The notes below the pieces were generated by a model, which did not search any database, was not told the DNA's origin, and saw only the letters and a program-made list of their open reading frames with translations. This document shows, piece after piece, positions 20,046 to 29,253 of a DNA stretch of 64,000 bases. Source of the DNA: Candidatus Amesbacteria bacterium. Lineage in GTDB: Bacteria > Patescibacteriota > Microgenomatia > CAZETR01 > Amesbacteraceae. The position numbers and the translations under genes were made by a program. Within the stretch, counting starts at the first letter, position 1; each line of letters starts with the position of its first letter. The DNA is taken from the NCBI GenBank assembly GCA_027331445.1, contig DAHWUD010000003.1, positions 2,704-66,703 on the forward strand. The letters run 5' to 3'.

Positions 20046-21380
20046 ATGAAAAATCGGCAGGAAGTGATCTCGATTTTAGGAGTAATAGCCCTGGCGGTGG
20101 GACTGCCGATAATCCTGAAGGCGGCGAACAGCCTGATGCGAAGCGGAGTGACGGCTGAGGGCAGACTGGCGGCAATAAACGTGGAGACGGACAGGAGCTT
20201 GGGACCGATGCCCAAACCCTGGCTGGCCCTGGCCCAGGGAGGACAGAACCAGGAAACTTTTCTGGTGACCAATGCTTCAGCCGTAGCGCAACTGAAACCG
20301 GAATATATCAGAATAGACCATATCTTTGACGGCTTCGGAGTGGTGGGGAGAGACCAGCAGGGGGGGCTAACATTTGACTGGAGCAGATTGGACGCTGTGG
20401 TCGGGGAAATGACCAATATGGGGGCCAAGCCGTTTTTGGTACTGTCTTACATGCCACCGGTACTGGCAACGACGGACGAGGTATCCGAGCCGAGAAACTG
20501 GAACGACTGGTCTGAGGTTGTACAAAAGACCATAGAACATTACAGCGGGAGCTTGGGCATTGATGGAGTGTATTATGAGGTCTGGAATGAGCCGAACTGG
20601 TTCGGAAATTGGACGATGGGAGGAACGAAAGATTACAGAAACCTGTACGCATACGCCGCGGCGGGGGCGCAGGCGGCAAAGAACACCAAGCCGTTTAAAA
20701 TCGGGGGGCCGGCAACTACGGGGCTGTACAAAAACTGGCTGGACGGGTTTTTGGACTGGGCCCTGGCCAATAAAGTGCGGATGGATTTTTATTCATGGCA
20801 TAGGTATGACCTGGATATGAGCCAATATCAAGCGGATATTCAGCAAATAGAAGCTTACAAACAAACCCACCCCAACTATGCCGGCCTGGAAACTTTAATC
20901 ACGGAGACGGGGGCAAACAGTAAAGCTGGCGGGGATAACGACAATGATATCGGGGCGGCGCAGGCCGTGGCAGTAGAAAGAGCCATGATGGCGAAAGTAA
21001 ATTACGCTTTTAATTTTGCCGTGGCAGGCGATTGGGGTCTGGTGGGCAAACCCCGATATACGGCTTTGGCATTTTTGACGGCGCTGGGCGACGAGAGGCT
21101 GCCCGTAACTGGCGAGGGAAGCTGGGTGGAAGCGGTGGCGGCCAGGAAGGGGGAGACAGACCAGGTGGTGGTAACAAACTACGACCCCAAAAATCAACAC
21201 AGTGAGACGGTGCCCATGACATTTATGAATTTACAAAATCAGAATTTTACTTTAAAAACCACTACCCTCGAAGGAGTCAGCACAACCACGAAAGTGGCAA
21301 CGACAGCCGCGGTGCTGCAAACGCAAATTCCCATGCCGCCAAACGAGGTGGTGCTGGTGGAACTAACCCCAGGATCCTAG
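20046..21380 (+). CDS. Membrane-anchored glycoside hydrolase family 39-like protein
   Basis: N-terminal TM; YIRIDHIF, FDWSRLD, YYEVWNEPN (acid/base), KIGGPA, DFYSWHRY, ITE (nucleophile). Confidence 0.85.
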   Translation: MKNRQEVISILGVIALAVGLPIILKAANSLMRSGVTAEGRLAAINVETDRSLGPMPKPWLALAQGGQNQETFLVTNASAVAQLKPEYIRIDHIFDGFGVVGRDQQGGLTFDWSRLDAVVGEMTNMGAKPFLVLSYMPPVLATTDEVSEPRNWNDWSEVVQKTIEHYSGSLGIDGVYYEVWNEPNWFGNWTMGGTKDYRNLYAYAAAGAQAAKNTKPFKIGGPATTGLYKNWLDGFLDWALANKVRMDFYSWHRYDLDMSQYQADIQQIEAYKQTHPNYAGLETLITETGANSKAGGDNDNDIGAAQAVAVERAMMAKVNYAFNFAVAGDWGLVGKPRYTALAFLTALGDERLPVTGEGSWVEAVAARKGETDQVVVTNYDPKNQHSETVPMTFMNLQNQNFTLKTTTLEGVSTTTKVATTAAVLQTQIPMPPNEVVLVELTPGS

Positions 21381-23143
21381 TAAACGCGAAGAAGCGACAA
21401 AAAAGCTTCCTGGGGGATGTCGACACGGCCGACGCGTTTCATGCGGGATTTGCCTTTTTTTTGTTTTTTGAGGAGTTTGTCTTTTCTGGTCTGATCGCCG
21501 CCGGACATTTTGGCGAGAACATCCTTTCTGAAAGCTTTGATGTCGCTTCGGGCCACGATATGCCCGCCTATTGCGGCCTGGATGGCAATTTCAAACTGCT
21601 GACGGGGAATAATACCAGCCAGACGCTGAACCAACTCCTGACCAATGGAGATGGCCTGAGACCGGGGGACGATCTGGGATAAAGAGTCGACCAGGTCGCC
21701 GGCAACCAGAACATCCAATTTGACCAGATCGGCGGCGACATAGCCCGTGAGCTCATAATCGAGAGTGGCAAAGCCCTGGGAAACGCCCTTGAGCTGGTCA
21801 TAAAAACCGCGGATTAACTCGGCCAAGGGCAAGGTATAAGTAAGGTGAATTAGTTTGCCCAGATACTGCATGTCCTGCTTTTTGCCCCGGTGGTCCTGAC
21901 AAAGCTGCATGACACCACCGACGAAGGATTCGGGGACGAAGAGGGACAAATTGATCACGGGCTCGCGGATGGCCCGAATAAATGAGGGGTCGGGCAGGTC
22001 GAGGGCTTTGGAGATGGTATAAGTATCCCCTTTTACCGTGACGATCTGGTAGCTGACTGACGGGGTGGCCGCGATTAAAGACAGATTGAATTCGCGTTCC
22101 AGGCGTTCCTGAACCACGTCGGCGTGCAGCAGGCCCAGGAGACCGACGCGAAAGCCGTTGCCCAGGGCGGGAGAAAATTCCGGCGTAAACTCCAGGGAAC
22201 TATCCTGAAGCCGCAATTTGGACAGGGCGTCACGAAGGGCATTAATCTCGTCTCCGTCGGTGGGGTAAAAACTGACAAAGACGACGGGTTTGATCTGTTT
22301 ATAACCGGGCAGAGGAGAAGCGACAGGCAGAGCAGAAAGAGTGTCGCCGACAGTGAGAGCGGAAATATCCTTGAGTCCGGTGACGACATAGCCGACCTCT
22401 CCGGCGGAAAGGGAATCACGGGTCTGCCGCCCCGGAGCGAAAATGCCGACTTCGATAGCGGCGGTATGGGCATGAGTGGCCAAAAGATAAAATTTGTCGT
22501 GACGGCGGACGGCGCCATCGATCAACCTGACCCAAGCCACGACGCCCAGGTGCAGATCAAAATTGGAGTTGAAGACCAAGGCCCGCAGGGGGGCAGCCGG
22601 CGAACCGGAAGGAGGAGGAATACGGTCAATGACGGATTGCAGAAGTTCGGGAACCCCAGCGCCGGTTTTGCCGGAGACAAGCAGGATGGAATCCGGGTCA
22701 AAGTTTAAGATCTCGTGAAGCTGGCGTTTAGTGCCCTCAATATCGGCGGTGGTGATGTCAATTTTGTTGATGACGGGAATGACGGCCAAATTTAATTTTT
22801 GGGCTTCCCGGAAATGAGCCAGGGTTTGGGCCTGGATGCCCTGGGTGGCATCAACCAACAAGATGGCCCCTTCGCAGGCGGCCAAGGAACGGCTGACTTC
22901 GTAGGAAAAGTCGACATGGCCCGGGGTATCGATTAAATTCAGAATATGCCCCTGGTACTCCATTCTGACCGGGGCGAGTTTGATGGTAATCCCCCGCTCC
23001 CGTTCGATGGGATTACTGTCCAAAAGCTGGGAGCGCATGTCCCGGGCAGCTACGGTGCCGGTCAGTTCCAGCAGGCGGTCGGCCAGGGTGGATTTGCCGT
23101 GGTCCACGTGGGCAATAATGGCGAAATTTCGGATATTTTCCAT
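21377..23143 (-). CDS. lepA: Elongation factor 4 (LepA)
   Basis: IRNFAIIAHVDHGKSTLADR, DTPGHVDFSYEVSRSL, IPRQQF, KQKKGK. Confidence 0.99.
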   Translation of the reverse strand: MENIRNFAIIAHVDHGKSTLADRLLELTGTVAARDMRSQLLDSNPIERERGITIKLAPVRMEYQGHILNLIDTPGHVDFSYEVSRSLAACEGAILLVDATQGIQAQTLAHFREAQKLNLAVIPVINKIDITTADIEGTKRQLHEILNFDPDSILLVSGKTGAGVPELLQSVIDRIPPPSGSPAAPLRALVFNSNFDLHLGVVAWVRLIDGAVRRHDKFYLLATHAHTAAIEVGIFAPGRQTRDSLSAGEVGYVVTGLKDISALTVGDTLSALPVASPLPGYKQIKPVVFVSFYPTDGDEINALRDALSKLRLQDSSLEFTPEFSPALGNGFRVGLLGLLHADVVQERLEREFNLSLIAATPSVSYQIVTVKGDTYTISKALDLPDPSFIRAIREPVINLSLFVPESFVGGVMQLCQDHRGKKQDMQYLGKLIHLTYTLPLAELIRGFYDQLKGVSQGFATLDYELTGYVAADLVKLDVLVAGDLVDSLSQIVPRSQAISIGQELVQRLAGIIPRQQFEIAIQAAIGGHIVARSDIKAFRKDVLAKMSGGDQTRKDKLLKKQKKGKSRMKRVGRVDIPQEAFLSLLRVY

Positions 23144-23172
23144 GAGGCTATTTTAACAAATCTTCTCCCTAG

Positions 23173-23198
23173 CCCCTCCTCTTTAATAAAGAGGGGGG
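23173..23198. repeat. REP-like hairpin copy 1
   Basis: CCTCTTT-AAT-AAAGAGG with C/G-run extension. Confidence 0.75.
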
Positions 23199-23200
23199 AG

Positions 23201-23500
23201 ATTTCGGTTTCTCTGGCTTTAATTTTTGTCTTCAAATCCTAAATTGTTATTTCAAGTTCATTTCGTGGTCTAACGATTCTTTATTGCGTGTGAGTTCCCG
23301 TCGATTTCGACGGCTAATGATAGTTTCGGGCAAGAGAAATCCAAGATAAATTGACCGAGAGGTTTTTGCCCTAAAAACCGATATCTGGTTTTGTCTTTTC
23401 TGAGGGCAAGATTCCAAAAAAGAGATTCTGCTTTAGTCTGGTTTGTCCTGTTGGTTCGAGATATCGGCTTAAGTTGTTCAAGATATCTAAATATTCCATT
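23201..23500 (-). pseudogene. Decayed DUF559 (Vsr-like) endonuclease
   Basis: TKAESLFW...FLGQKPLGQFILDFSCPKLSLAVEIDGNSH, then a premature TAG at 23270-23272; a likely C-terminal remnant DLKTKIKARE follows after the stop; boundaries approximate. Confidence 0.75.
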
Positions 23501-23516
23501 CCTGCCGGCAGGCAGG
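23501..23516. repeat. Short palindrome CCTGCCGGCAGG(CAGG)
   Basis: Perfect 12-bp palindrome at 23501-23512. Confidence 0.7.
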
Positions 23517-23520
23517 TCAA

Positions 23521-23580
23521 CCCCTCTTTGAAAAAGAGGGGGAGTCCTTGGATTGTTTTCCCCCTTTCGCAAAGAGGGAA
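23521..23580. repeat. REP-like hairpin copies 2 and 3
   Basis: CCCCTCTTT-GAA-AAAGAGGGG (23521-23541) and TTCCCCCTTT-CGC-AAAGAGGGAA (23558-23580). Confidence 0.75.
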
Positions 23581-23593
23581 TGAAAAGGGAGAT

Positions 23594-24124
23594 TTAAGTA
23601 AGAAAGTAGGTCCAGCCGGGCTGCCAGGTCCAGGGAGCAGAAACTGCGTCCGTGACAGAAACTCCTTTGATCCAGTGCTCCAGACTGTACTGGGTAGCCC
23701 GATGGCCAATGATCAGGACGCGCCGGCCATCGTATTTGGATTTGAGATCTTTGAGAAATTCACCCATTCTGACAGCCGCTTGCCCGTAACTTTCGCCATG
23801 AGGAAAGGGGGTGGTGATATGTAAGGGTTTGGCGGCATCGACCTCGCTGCTGGGATGACAGGTGAGGTCGCCGTAGTCGCACTCCCGCAGACGAGGGTCT
23901 TGAATTATGGGAAATTTGTGGCCGAAGGCAATGGCGGCAGTTTTGTAAGAGCGCTGCAAATCGGAACAAAAAACGGCCGTAAATGTTTCTGATCCCCTTC
24001 TCGCTCCCAATTCCCCGGACTGTTTGACGCCTAATTCGGATAAAGCAACATCGTTATGTCCTGATGAAATATGGTTTTCGTTATCCAAAGTAGTGGAGTG
24101 GGGTTCAAAGATTATTTCGACCAT
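23594..24124 (-). CDS. Histidine phosphatase (phosphoglycerate mutase-like) family protein
   Basis: PHSTT...SGHNDVALSELG, SDLQRS, DPRLRECDYG, PHGES, IIGH; start moved to ATG 24124. Confidence 0.85.
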   Translation of the reverse strand: MVEIIFEPHSTTLDNENHISSGHNDVALSELGVKQSGELGARRGSETFTAVFCSDLQRSYKTAAIAFGHKFPIIQDPRLRECDYGDLTCHPSSEVDAAKPLHITTPFPHGESYGQAAVRMGEFLKDLKSKYDGRRVLIIGHRATQYSLEHWIKGVSVTDAVSAPWTWQPGWTYFLT

Positions 24125-24174
24125 AGGAAGGATTCTAGCAAAATCCAAAGAGTGATGTTATATTCGGGTTAGTT

Positions 24175-24750
24175 ATGGGCGGAAATCGAGAAATAGAAAT
24201 CAAGGTGCAGATTGAAGACAGTAAGGGGCTGCTGGCGTTTTTGAAGAGAAAAGGGACATATTTGGGAGAGGAACGGCAAATTGACGAGTACTATTCGCCA
24301 AGACACAGAGACTTTACCCGGGAAAGGCCAACCCGGGAGTGGTTAAGGTTAAGAAAAGAAGGAGATAAAAGTTCGATAAATTATAAAAATTGGCATTATG
24401 ACAAAGACGGCAGGAGTTATTTTTGTGATGAATATGAGTCCGGGGTAGACAATGCGGAGAGATTGGAAAAAATATTTTCGGCACTGGATATCAAACCGGT
24501 GGTAATCGTAGATAAGATCAGGAAAAAATGGTTGGCGGATAGTTATGAGATTGCAATAGATCGGGTAAAGAATTTGGGGGATTTTGTTGAAGTGGAATAT
24601 AAAGGCAAGGCGAAAAAGGAGCCCAGAATAATTTCCCGGGAAATGGTGGCCTGGCTAAGGCAATTCAAGCCGGGGAAAATTTGCAGGAATTTGGTGGGGT
24701 ACCCGTTTCAACTGTTGTTTCCAAAAGAAGTCAAAGTGGAAGAAGTGTAG
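24175..24750 (+). CDS. CYTH domain protein (class IV adenylate cyclase-like)
   Basis: EIEIK, QIDEYY, LRLR, KIRKKW, DRVKNLGDFVEVE, GY near C-terminus. Confidence 0.88.
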   Translation: MGGNREIEIKVQIEDSKGLLAFLKRKGTYLGEERQIDEYYSPRHRDFTRERPTREWLRLRKEGDKSSINYKNWHYDKDGRSYFCDEYESGVDNAERLEKIFSALDIKPVVIVDKIRKKWLADSYEIAIDRVKNLGDFVEVEYKGKAKKEPRIISREMVAWLRQFKPGKICRNLVGYPFQLLFPKEVKVEEV

Positions 24751-24771
24751 CTAGTTAGGTAAAATCAGCCC

Positions 24772-25376
24772 ATGTTCGGCAAATAAAGGGCTGCAGGTCC
24801 ACCCAAGCCTGGTGGCTTATGGTGGTTCTGACGGTGTGGGTAAGGATGAGATCATAAGGAACGTATTCTGAGCGTGCGGAAATAGCTGATTATACACATG
24901 CTTGGGGATACGGTCGGGCACTTCCGGCGGTGGAAAGAGCGCTGGGGGAAGGAAAGTTGGTAGTGGTAAAAAAACCACTTAATTTTCTGATGCATGCCAT
25001 TAGGTTGGGTCCGTCTCACGTAGGCTATTTTGAAAGGCTGATCGCATCCGGCAAGGCGACTAACGAGTTATGGCCGGCGGTCTGGATAGAAATCACGGCC
25101 ACACCCGAGGATATCGTGGAAAATCTTAAAGACAGAGAGGCGGCGAAATTGAACACTGTCAATGATCCCTTTCCGGCCGTAGAGCATGTGAATGAATACT
25201 TAAAGGCGTAAGAGAAGGTCGTGGAGTTTGTTAAACAGGTGCCCGTTAACGGCGAGGCGAAGTTTGTTGAGGTGGCAAATCCCAGAGTGAATTCAAGTGA
25301 ATTGGACGGAGCATTACGATTGTTGGCAATTCAGGTAATGGCCTGCCTGCCGCTGCAAAAACAGGAAAAGAATTAA
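24772..25376 (+). pseudogene. Disrupted P-loop kinase (thymidylate kinase-like)
   Basis: ATG at 24772 with a -10 box; fragments in three frames: VAYGGSDGVGK, then PAVERALGEGKLVV...PAVWIEITATPE; internal TAA at 25209. Confidence 0.65.
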
Positions 25377-25894
25377 TTTTTATAACCCTGCCGGAGTTTT
25401 TCGAACATGAGACGCTGGCTATGCCAACCAATCGGGGGCAGTTTATCCAAATCAAACCAAGCGACGGCGCTGTTTTCCTGCGGGTCTCCCGGATCCAGGC
25501 GGCCGGAAACTTTGATTTTGTACATGAAGGCAAAGTGGCCGAGCGCACGGGGGTCGTCATCAACCTGGATGACATCAAGTAAGCGGGAAGAGACGACCTG
25601 ATAGCCCGTCTCCTCTTTGATTTCCCGAATTAAAGTGTCGCGGGGATGTTCACCATAGGAAACGAAACCTGCGGGAAACATCCAGGTACCCCGATACGGC
25701 TCACGCAGCCGCCTGACCATAAGAACCCGGTGATTCTTGATGGCAATCCCGCAGGCGGAGGTAAAGACATGAGGGTAGTAAGTCCAACGACAAGAATGGC
25801 AAAACTTGCGGTCATAGCCCTCTTCCTGCCGGATAGCTAATTCCTGACCGCATAAGGGACAAAATTTATAATCGGGAGGAGAAATATTTAACAT
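25373..25894 (-). CDS. NUDIX hydrolase with N-terminal zinc ribbon
   Basis: FCPLCG...CHSC, AGFVSYGEHPRDTLIREIKEETG Nudix box. Confidence 0.93.
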   Translation of the reverse strand: MLNISPPDYKFCPLCGQELAIRQEEGYDRKFCHSCRWTYYPHVFTSACGIAIKNHRVLMVRRLREPYRGTWMFPAGFVSYGEHPRDTLIREIKEETGYQVVSSRLLDVIQVDDDPRALGHFAFMYKIKVSGRLDPGDPQENSAVAWFDLDKLPPIGWHSQRLMFEKLRQGYKN

Positions 25895-25896
25895 GA

Positions 25897-27576
25897 TTAA
25901 TTCTGGTCCGGGGCGGGAAGGATGACGGGCTCGCTCAAAGTTTCGGTGACGGGAGAGAACAGCTCGTGGAAATGGGAAATTCTTTTGGTGAGAGCGATTA
26001 ATTCATAAAGCTGGGGGATACGGAAAAGAAAAGATAGAAAGAGATAAGTGATCAGACCAATAAAGGTGGTAACCAGGGTGAGAGCCAAAAGGGGCAGGGT
26101 GTGGGTGGTATCGAAGACAAATTGATCCAACAGGTGCATGGGGAGCCACAAACTGATGCCGGTAATGAAACTAATGATGAGCATTTTGGTAAAGGCGGTG
26201 ATGACCGAGTGTCGGAGTTCTGACGGCAGGTGCAGACGGCGGTGGAGAAGAAAAACCAAGGCCAAGGCCTCGATAATGGTAGTGGAGGAAATGGCAATGG
26301 CCAAGCCGGCGACACCCCAGTGAAAGAGAAGGACAGCGCTAATCCCGGCCAGGGTATCAAAAACGGCGGCACCCAAACCGACGAATAAAGGAGTGCGAGT
26401 GTCGTGCAGAGAATAAAAACCGCGGACGACCAATTGGGTAATGGCAGAGGCGGAAGCGGAAAGAGCCAGTATGGCCAAAGTTTTCCCGGTTAAGAGGGTG
26501 GCGGCCCAGGGAAAGGAACTGGCACCGAAGACGATACGGACGATGGGAATGCGTAAAATAATAAATAGGGTGCTTAAGGGAAGGGCCAAAAAGGCAACCT
26601 GCAAAAGGGAGTCGGTAAGAGTCTGTAAAAAACGGCGCTTATCGGCCTGGGAGTATTCCAGGGACAAGGTGGGAAGAGCGGCCTGACCGATAGTGACCCC
26701 AAAAAGAGAGGAAGGCAAGGCATAAAGTAGGCGAGCAACGTTGAGAATGGTCAGAGACCCGGAAGCTAAAAGAGAGGCCAGGATAACGGAAACAAACTGT
26801 TCAATCTGGTCGATACCCAGAGCGGCGGACCGGGGAGGAATGAGAACGATCATTTCCCGGACGCCGGGATGGGACAGGTCGAGGCGGGGAATAAATCTAA
26901 AGCCGAGTCTCAGAGCCAGAGGCAGCTGAATCAGCATGTGAACGGCGGCACCAATGACCACACCCCAAGCCGGGCCAAAAATACCCATGGAGGGAGAGAG
27001 AAAAATGATGCCGAAGATGATGCCCAGGTTATAGGCTACGGGGGCCAGGGCGGGAATTAAAAACCGCTGATGGGACTGGATCATGCCGGTAAGAAAGCCG
27101 GAAACACAAAAGAAAAGCTGGGCTATCAGCATGACCCGTAAAAGCGAGGTCATGGTAAGAATTTGGGCGGAATTAAAACCCGGAGCAATAAGCCGCGAGA
27201 ACTGAGGGGCGAAGAGGAAAATCAGGCCCGAGATAACCATAAAAACCATCAAGATTAAATTGAGGGACATGGCGGCTATATACCAGGCTTCGGAGGCTTT
27301 TTTGGCCAGAAAGCGGGTAAAAGTGGGGATAAAAGCGGCGGAGAGGGAGCCGATAACCAGAAGCTGAAAAATCGTGTCCGGAATGACAAATGCGGCGTAG
27401 TAAACATCCAAGAGCGGGGCTTTCGAGCCGAAAAAAGCGGAGATTAAAAGACGGGTTTTGACCAGACCGATAGCACTGGAGAGGGCGTAAGTAATCATGA
27501 TGATGAAAGCGGCGGAGAGGATGTGGGTTTGGCGGCGAAGAAGGAAAGAAGAGCTGTTTTTGAGAAGTTCTTTCAT
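25897..27576 (-). CDS. murJ: Lipid II flippase MurJ (MviN)
   Basis: AAFVIPD, SAAFIPTF, HQRFLIPALAP, LPTLS, RGFYSLHDTRTP; start moved to ATG 27576. Confidence 0.93.
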   Translation of the reverse strand: MKELLKNSSSFLLRRQTHILSAAFIIMITYALSSAIGLVKTRLLISAFFGSKAPLLDVYYAAFVIPDTIFQLLVIGSLSAAFIPTFTRFLAKKASEAWYIAAMSLNLILMVFMVISGLIFLFAPQFSRLIAPGFNSAQILTMTSLLRVMLIAQLFFCVSGFLTGMIQSHQRFLIPALAPVAYNLGIIFGIIFLSPSMGIFGPAWGVVIGAAVHMLIQLPLALRLGFRFIPRLDLSHPGVREMIVLIPPRSAALGIDQIEQFVSVILASLLASGSLTILNVARLLYALPSSLFGVTIGQAALPTLSLEYSQADKRRFLQTLTDSLLQVAFLALPLSTLFIILRIPIVRIVFGASSFPWAATLLTGKTLAILALSASASAITQLVVRGFYSLHDTRTPLFVGLGAAVFDTLAGISAVLLFHWGVAGLAIAISSTTIIEALALVFLLHRRLHLPSELRHSVITAFTKMLIISFITGISLWLPMHLLDQFVFDTTHTLPLLALTLVTTFIGLITYLFLSFLFRIPQLYELIALTKRISHFHELFSPVTETLSEPVILPAPDQN

Positions 27577-27597
27577 GTGTGTTATTATATGGCGGCT
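27577..27597. promoter_or_regulatory. Bidirectional -10 promoter murJ/rpsT
   Basis: 21-bp gap containing TATTATA: TATAAT on the minus strand, TGnTATTAT on the plus strand. Confidence 0.7.
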
Positions 27598-27837
27598 ATG
27601 CCGCAAACTGTAGGGGCAATCAGGAAACAAAGGGCCGATAAACGCAAGGCAATGTTGAACGCTAAAACCAGGCGGGAAGCTGCGGAAGCGGTAGCGGGGT
27701 TACGAAGGAAACCGACCAAAAGCGCACTCCAGAAGGCTTATAAAAGTCTGGATAAGGCAGTTAAAAAAGGAGTAATCCATAAAAATAAAGCCGCCAGGCT
27801 GAAGTCGCGGCTCACCAAGCTGGTAGCCAAAAAGTAA
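27598..27837 (+). CDS. rpsT: 30S ribosomal protein S20
   Basis: AYKSLDKAVKKGVIHKNKAARLKSRL; start MPQTVGAIRKQR at 27598. Confidence 0.95.
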   Translation: MPQTVGAIRKQRADKRKAMLNAKTRREAAEAVAGLRRKPTKSALQKAYKSLDKAVKKGVIHKNKAARLKSRLTKLVAKK

Positions 27838-27855
27838 AGTTGGTATACTGAGGGC

Positions 27856-28392
27856 ATGCCCGCTGCCCAAGAAGAAAGAATCAATTTGCTGGCGCCCTCG
27901 GAATTTGAGATGTCGTTTTGGGGAAAGTTTTTGAGATGGGCGGTAACGACAGGCAGATACGTAATAATTGTGACGGAGCTGATTGTAATTGTGGCTTTTC
28001 TGTCGAGATTTAAGCTGGATACACAAGTGGCGGGTCTAAAGGATGATATCCAGGGCAAAAAAAACGTGCTGGATGCCCAGGCCACGGTAGAAACCCAGTT
28101 TGTGCAGGTACAGAAAAAGCTGGCAGCGGCAGGAACTTTGCTTAATAGTACGCTTAACGCCGGCGATGAGATTGCGGCCGTCGACCGAACAGTACCGCCC
28201 GGACTGAGATTTACCGATTTTTCGATCAGCAAGGATAGGGATACGATCGGGGCGGATGTGGTAGACAGCGGAAGTTTGGGTCTGATGTTGGGGCAAATGA
28301 GCCGGAGCGGCCGCTGGAAAACCGTAGAGGTTACCGGGCTGGCGGCTGACGCGATAAAAGGAATTACTTTGTCGCTGACACTGACACGCTAA
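27856..28392 (+). CDS. Type IV pilus assembly PilN-like protein
   Basis: INLL motif, TM, coiled coil, small C-terminal domain; upstream of the PilO-like gene. Confidence 0.75.
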   Translation: MPAAQEERINLLAPSEFEMSFWGKFLRWAVTTGRYVIIVTELIVIVAFLSRFKLDTQVAGLKDDIQGKKNVLDAQATVETQFVQVQKKLAAAGTLLNSTLNAGDEIAAVDRTVPPGLRFTDFSISKDRDTIGADVVDSGSLGLMLGQMSRSGRWKTVEVTGLAADAIKGITLSLTLTR

Positions 28393-28393
28393 T

Positions 28394-29056
28394 ATGGCCT
28401 TAGATTACAAAAGCAGCCTGGCAAGATACCGCCGGTATCTACAGGTGATGAGGGAGCAGCCTTTAATTCAGGCCGGGGTATGGACGGCGCTGTCGCTGGG
28501 GCTGGTGATCGCGGTGATTGTGCTGGCGCTGAAGCCGACTCTGATGGCAATTGCCGGACTGCTGGGGCAAATCAAAGAAGACAGCACTATTGTGACCAAG
28601 CTGGATGACAAAATTGTCAAAATGCAGAAAGCCAGCAGTGAGCTGCAAGCACTTTTACCGAGGGAGGCGGTATTGGATGAGGCACTACCGTCACAGACAA
28701 ATTGGGACAGTTGGACGGCAAAAATGTTCAGCATCGCCAGCCAGAGCGGGGTCCAAGTTATGCAATTGTCGGTAGGACCGGCGGTGATTTCCGGGACGAC
28801 GATCCCACCCCGAAAAATCAACAACGGAGTAATTCCGACCACGGATAAAGTGACTTTACCGGAGGGAGTGCAGGGGCTCAACTTTACGATCACCGCCGAG
28901 GGGGGTTATGATCAATTAAAGCAGATGGTAAGCTCGATCGAAGAAAACAGAAGATTAAATATCCTGACGGGAGTTGAATTTTCCGCTGTTAAAGATAACG
29001 GCGGCGGGGCAAGTTTGTCGGCAAATGTTAGAGGAGTAGCTGCTTTCATGCCATGA
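28394..29056 (+). CDS. Type IV pilus assembly PilO-like protein
   Basis: N-terminal TM, coiled coil, ALP, GGYDQLKQMVSSIEENRRL. Confidence 0.8.
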   Translation: MALDYKSSLARYRRYLQVMREQPLIQAGVWTALSLGLVIAVIVLALKPTLMAIAGLLGQIKEDSTIVTKLDDKIVKMQKASSELQALLPREAVLDEALPSQTNWDSWTAKMFSIASQSGVQVMQLSVGPAVISGTTIPPRKINNGVIPTTDKVTLPEGVQGLNFTITAEGGYDQLKQMVSSIEENRRLNILTGVEFSAVKDNGGGASLSANVRGVAAFMP

Positions 29057-29253
29057 GAAGAAAAAGGTGGGATAAAGATCTGGTATTTTTGCTGGTGACG
29101 ACTTTGATTATGGTAGCGTCGTGGGTGGGGTTAGAAGTTTATCAGGCTTATGTGAATGTAACGCTGCCGCCCGGCCTGGAAAAACACCTCACACCATTTG
29201 ACCCTATTTTAAAAACCGGAGTTCTTGATAAACTAGAGGGGAGGAGTTTATGA
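29053..29253 (+). CDS. Small single-TM protein of the pil operon
   Basis: 66 aa, one TM, 4-nt overlaps with both neighbours. Confidence 0.75.
   Translation: MRRKRWDKDLVFLLVTTLIMVASWVGLEVYQAYVNVTLPPGLEKHLTPFDPILKTGVLDKLEGRSL

Noticed and set aside
24772-25376. Programmed frameshift or stop-codon reassignment in the kinase-like region
   Set aside because: Three separate lesions are needed, and TAA/TAG/TGA all act as stops elsewhere; decay is simpler
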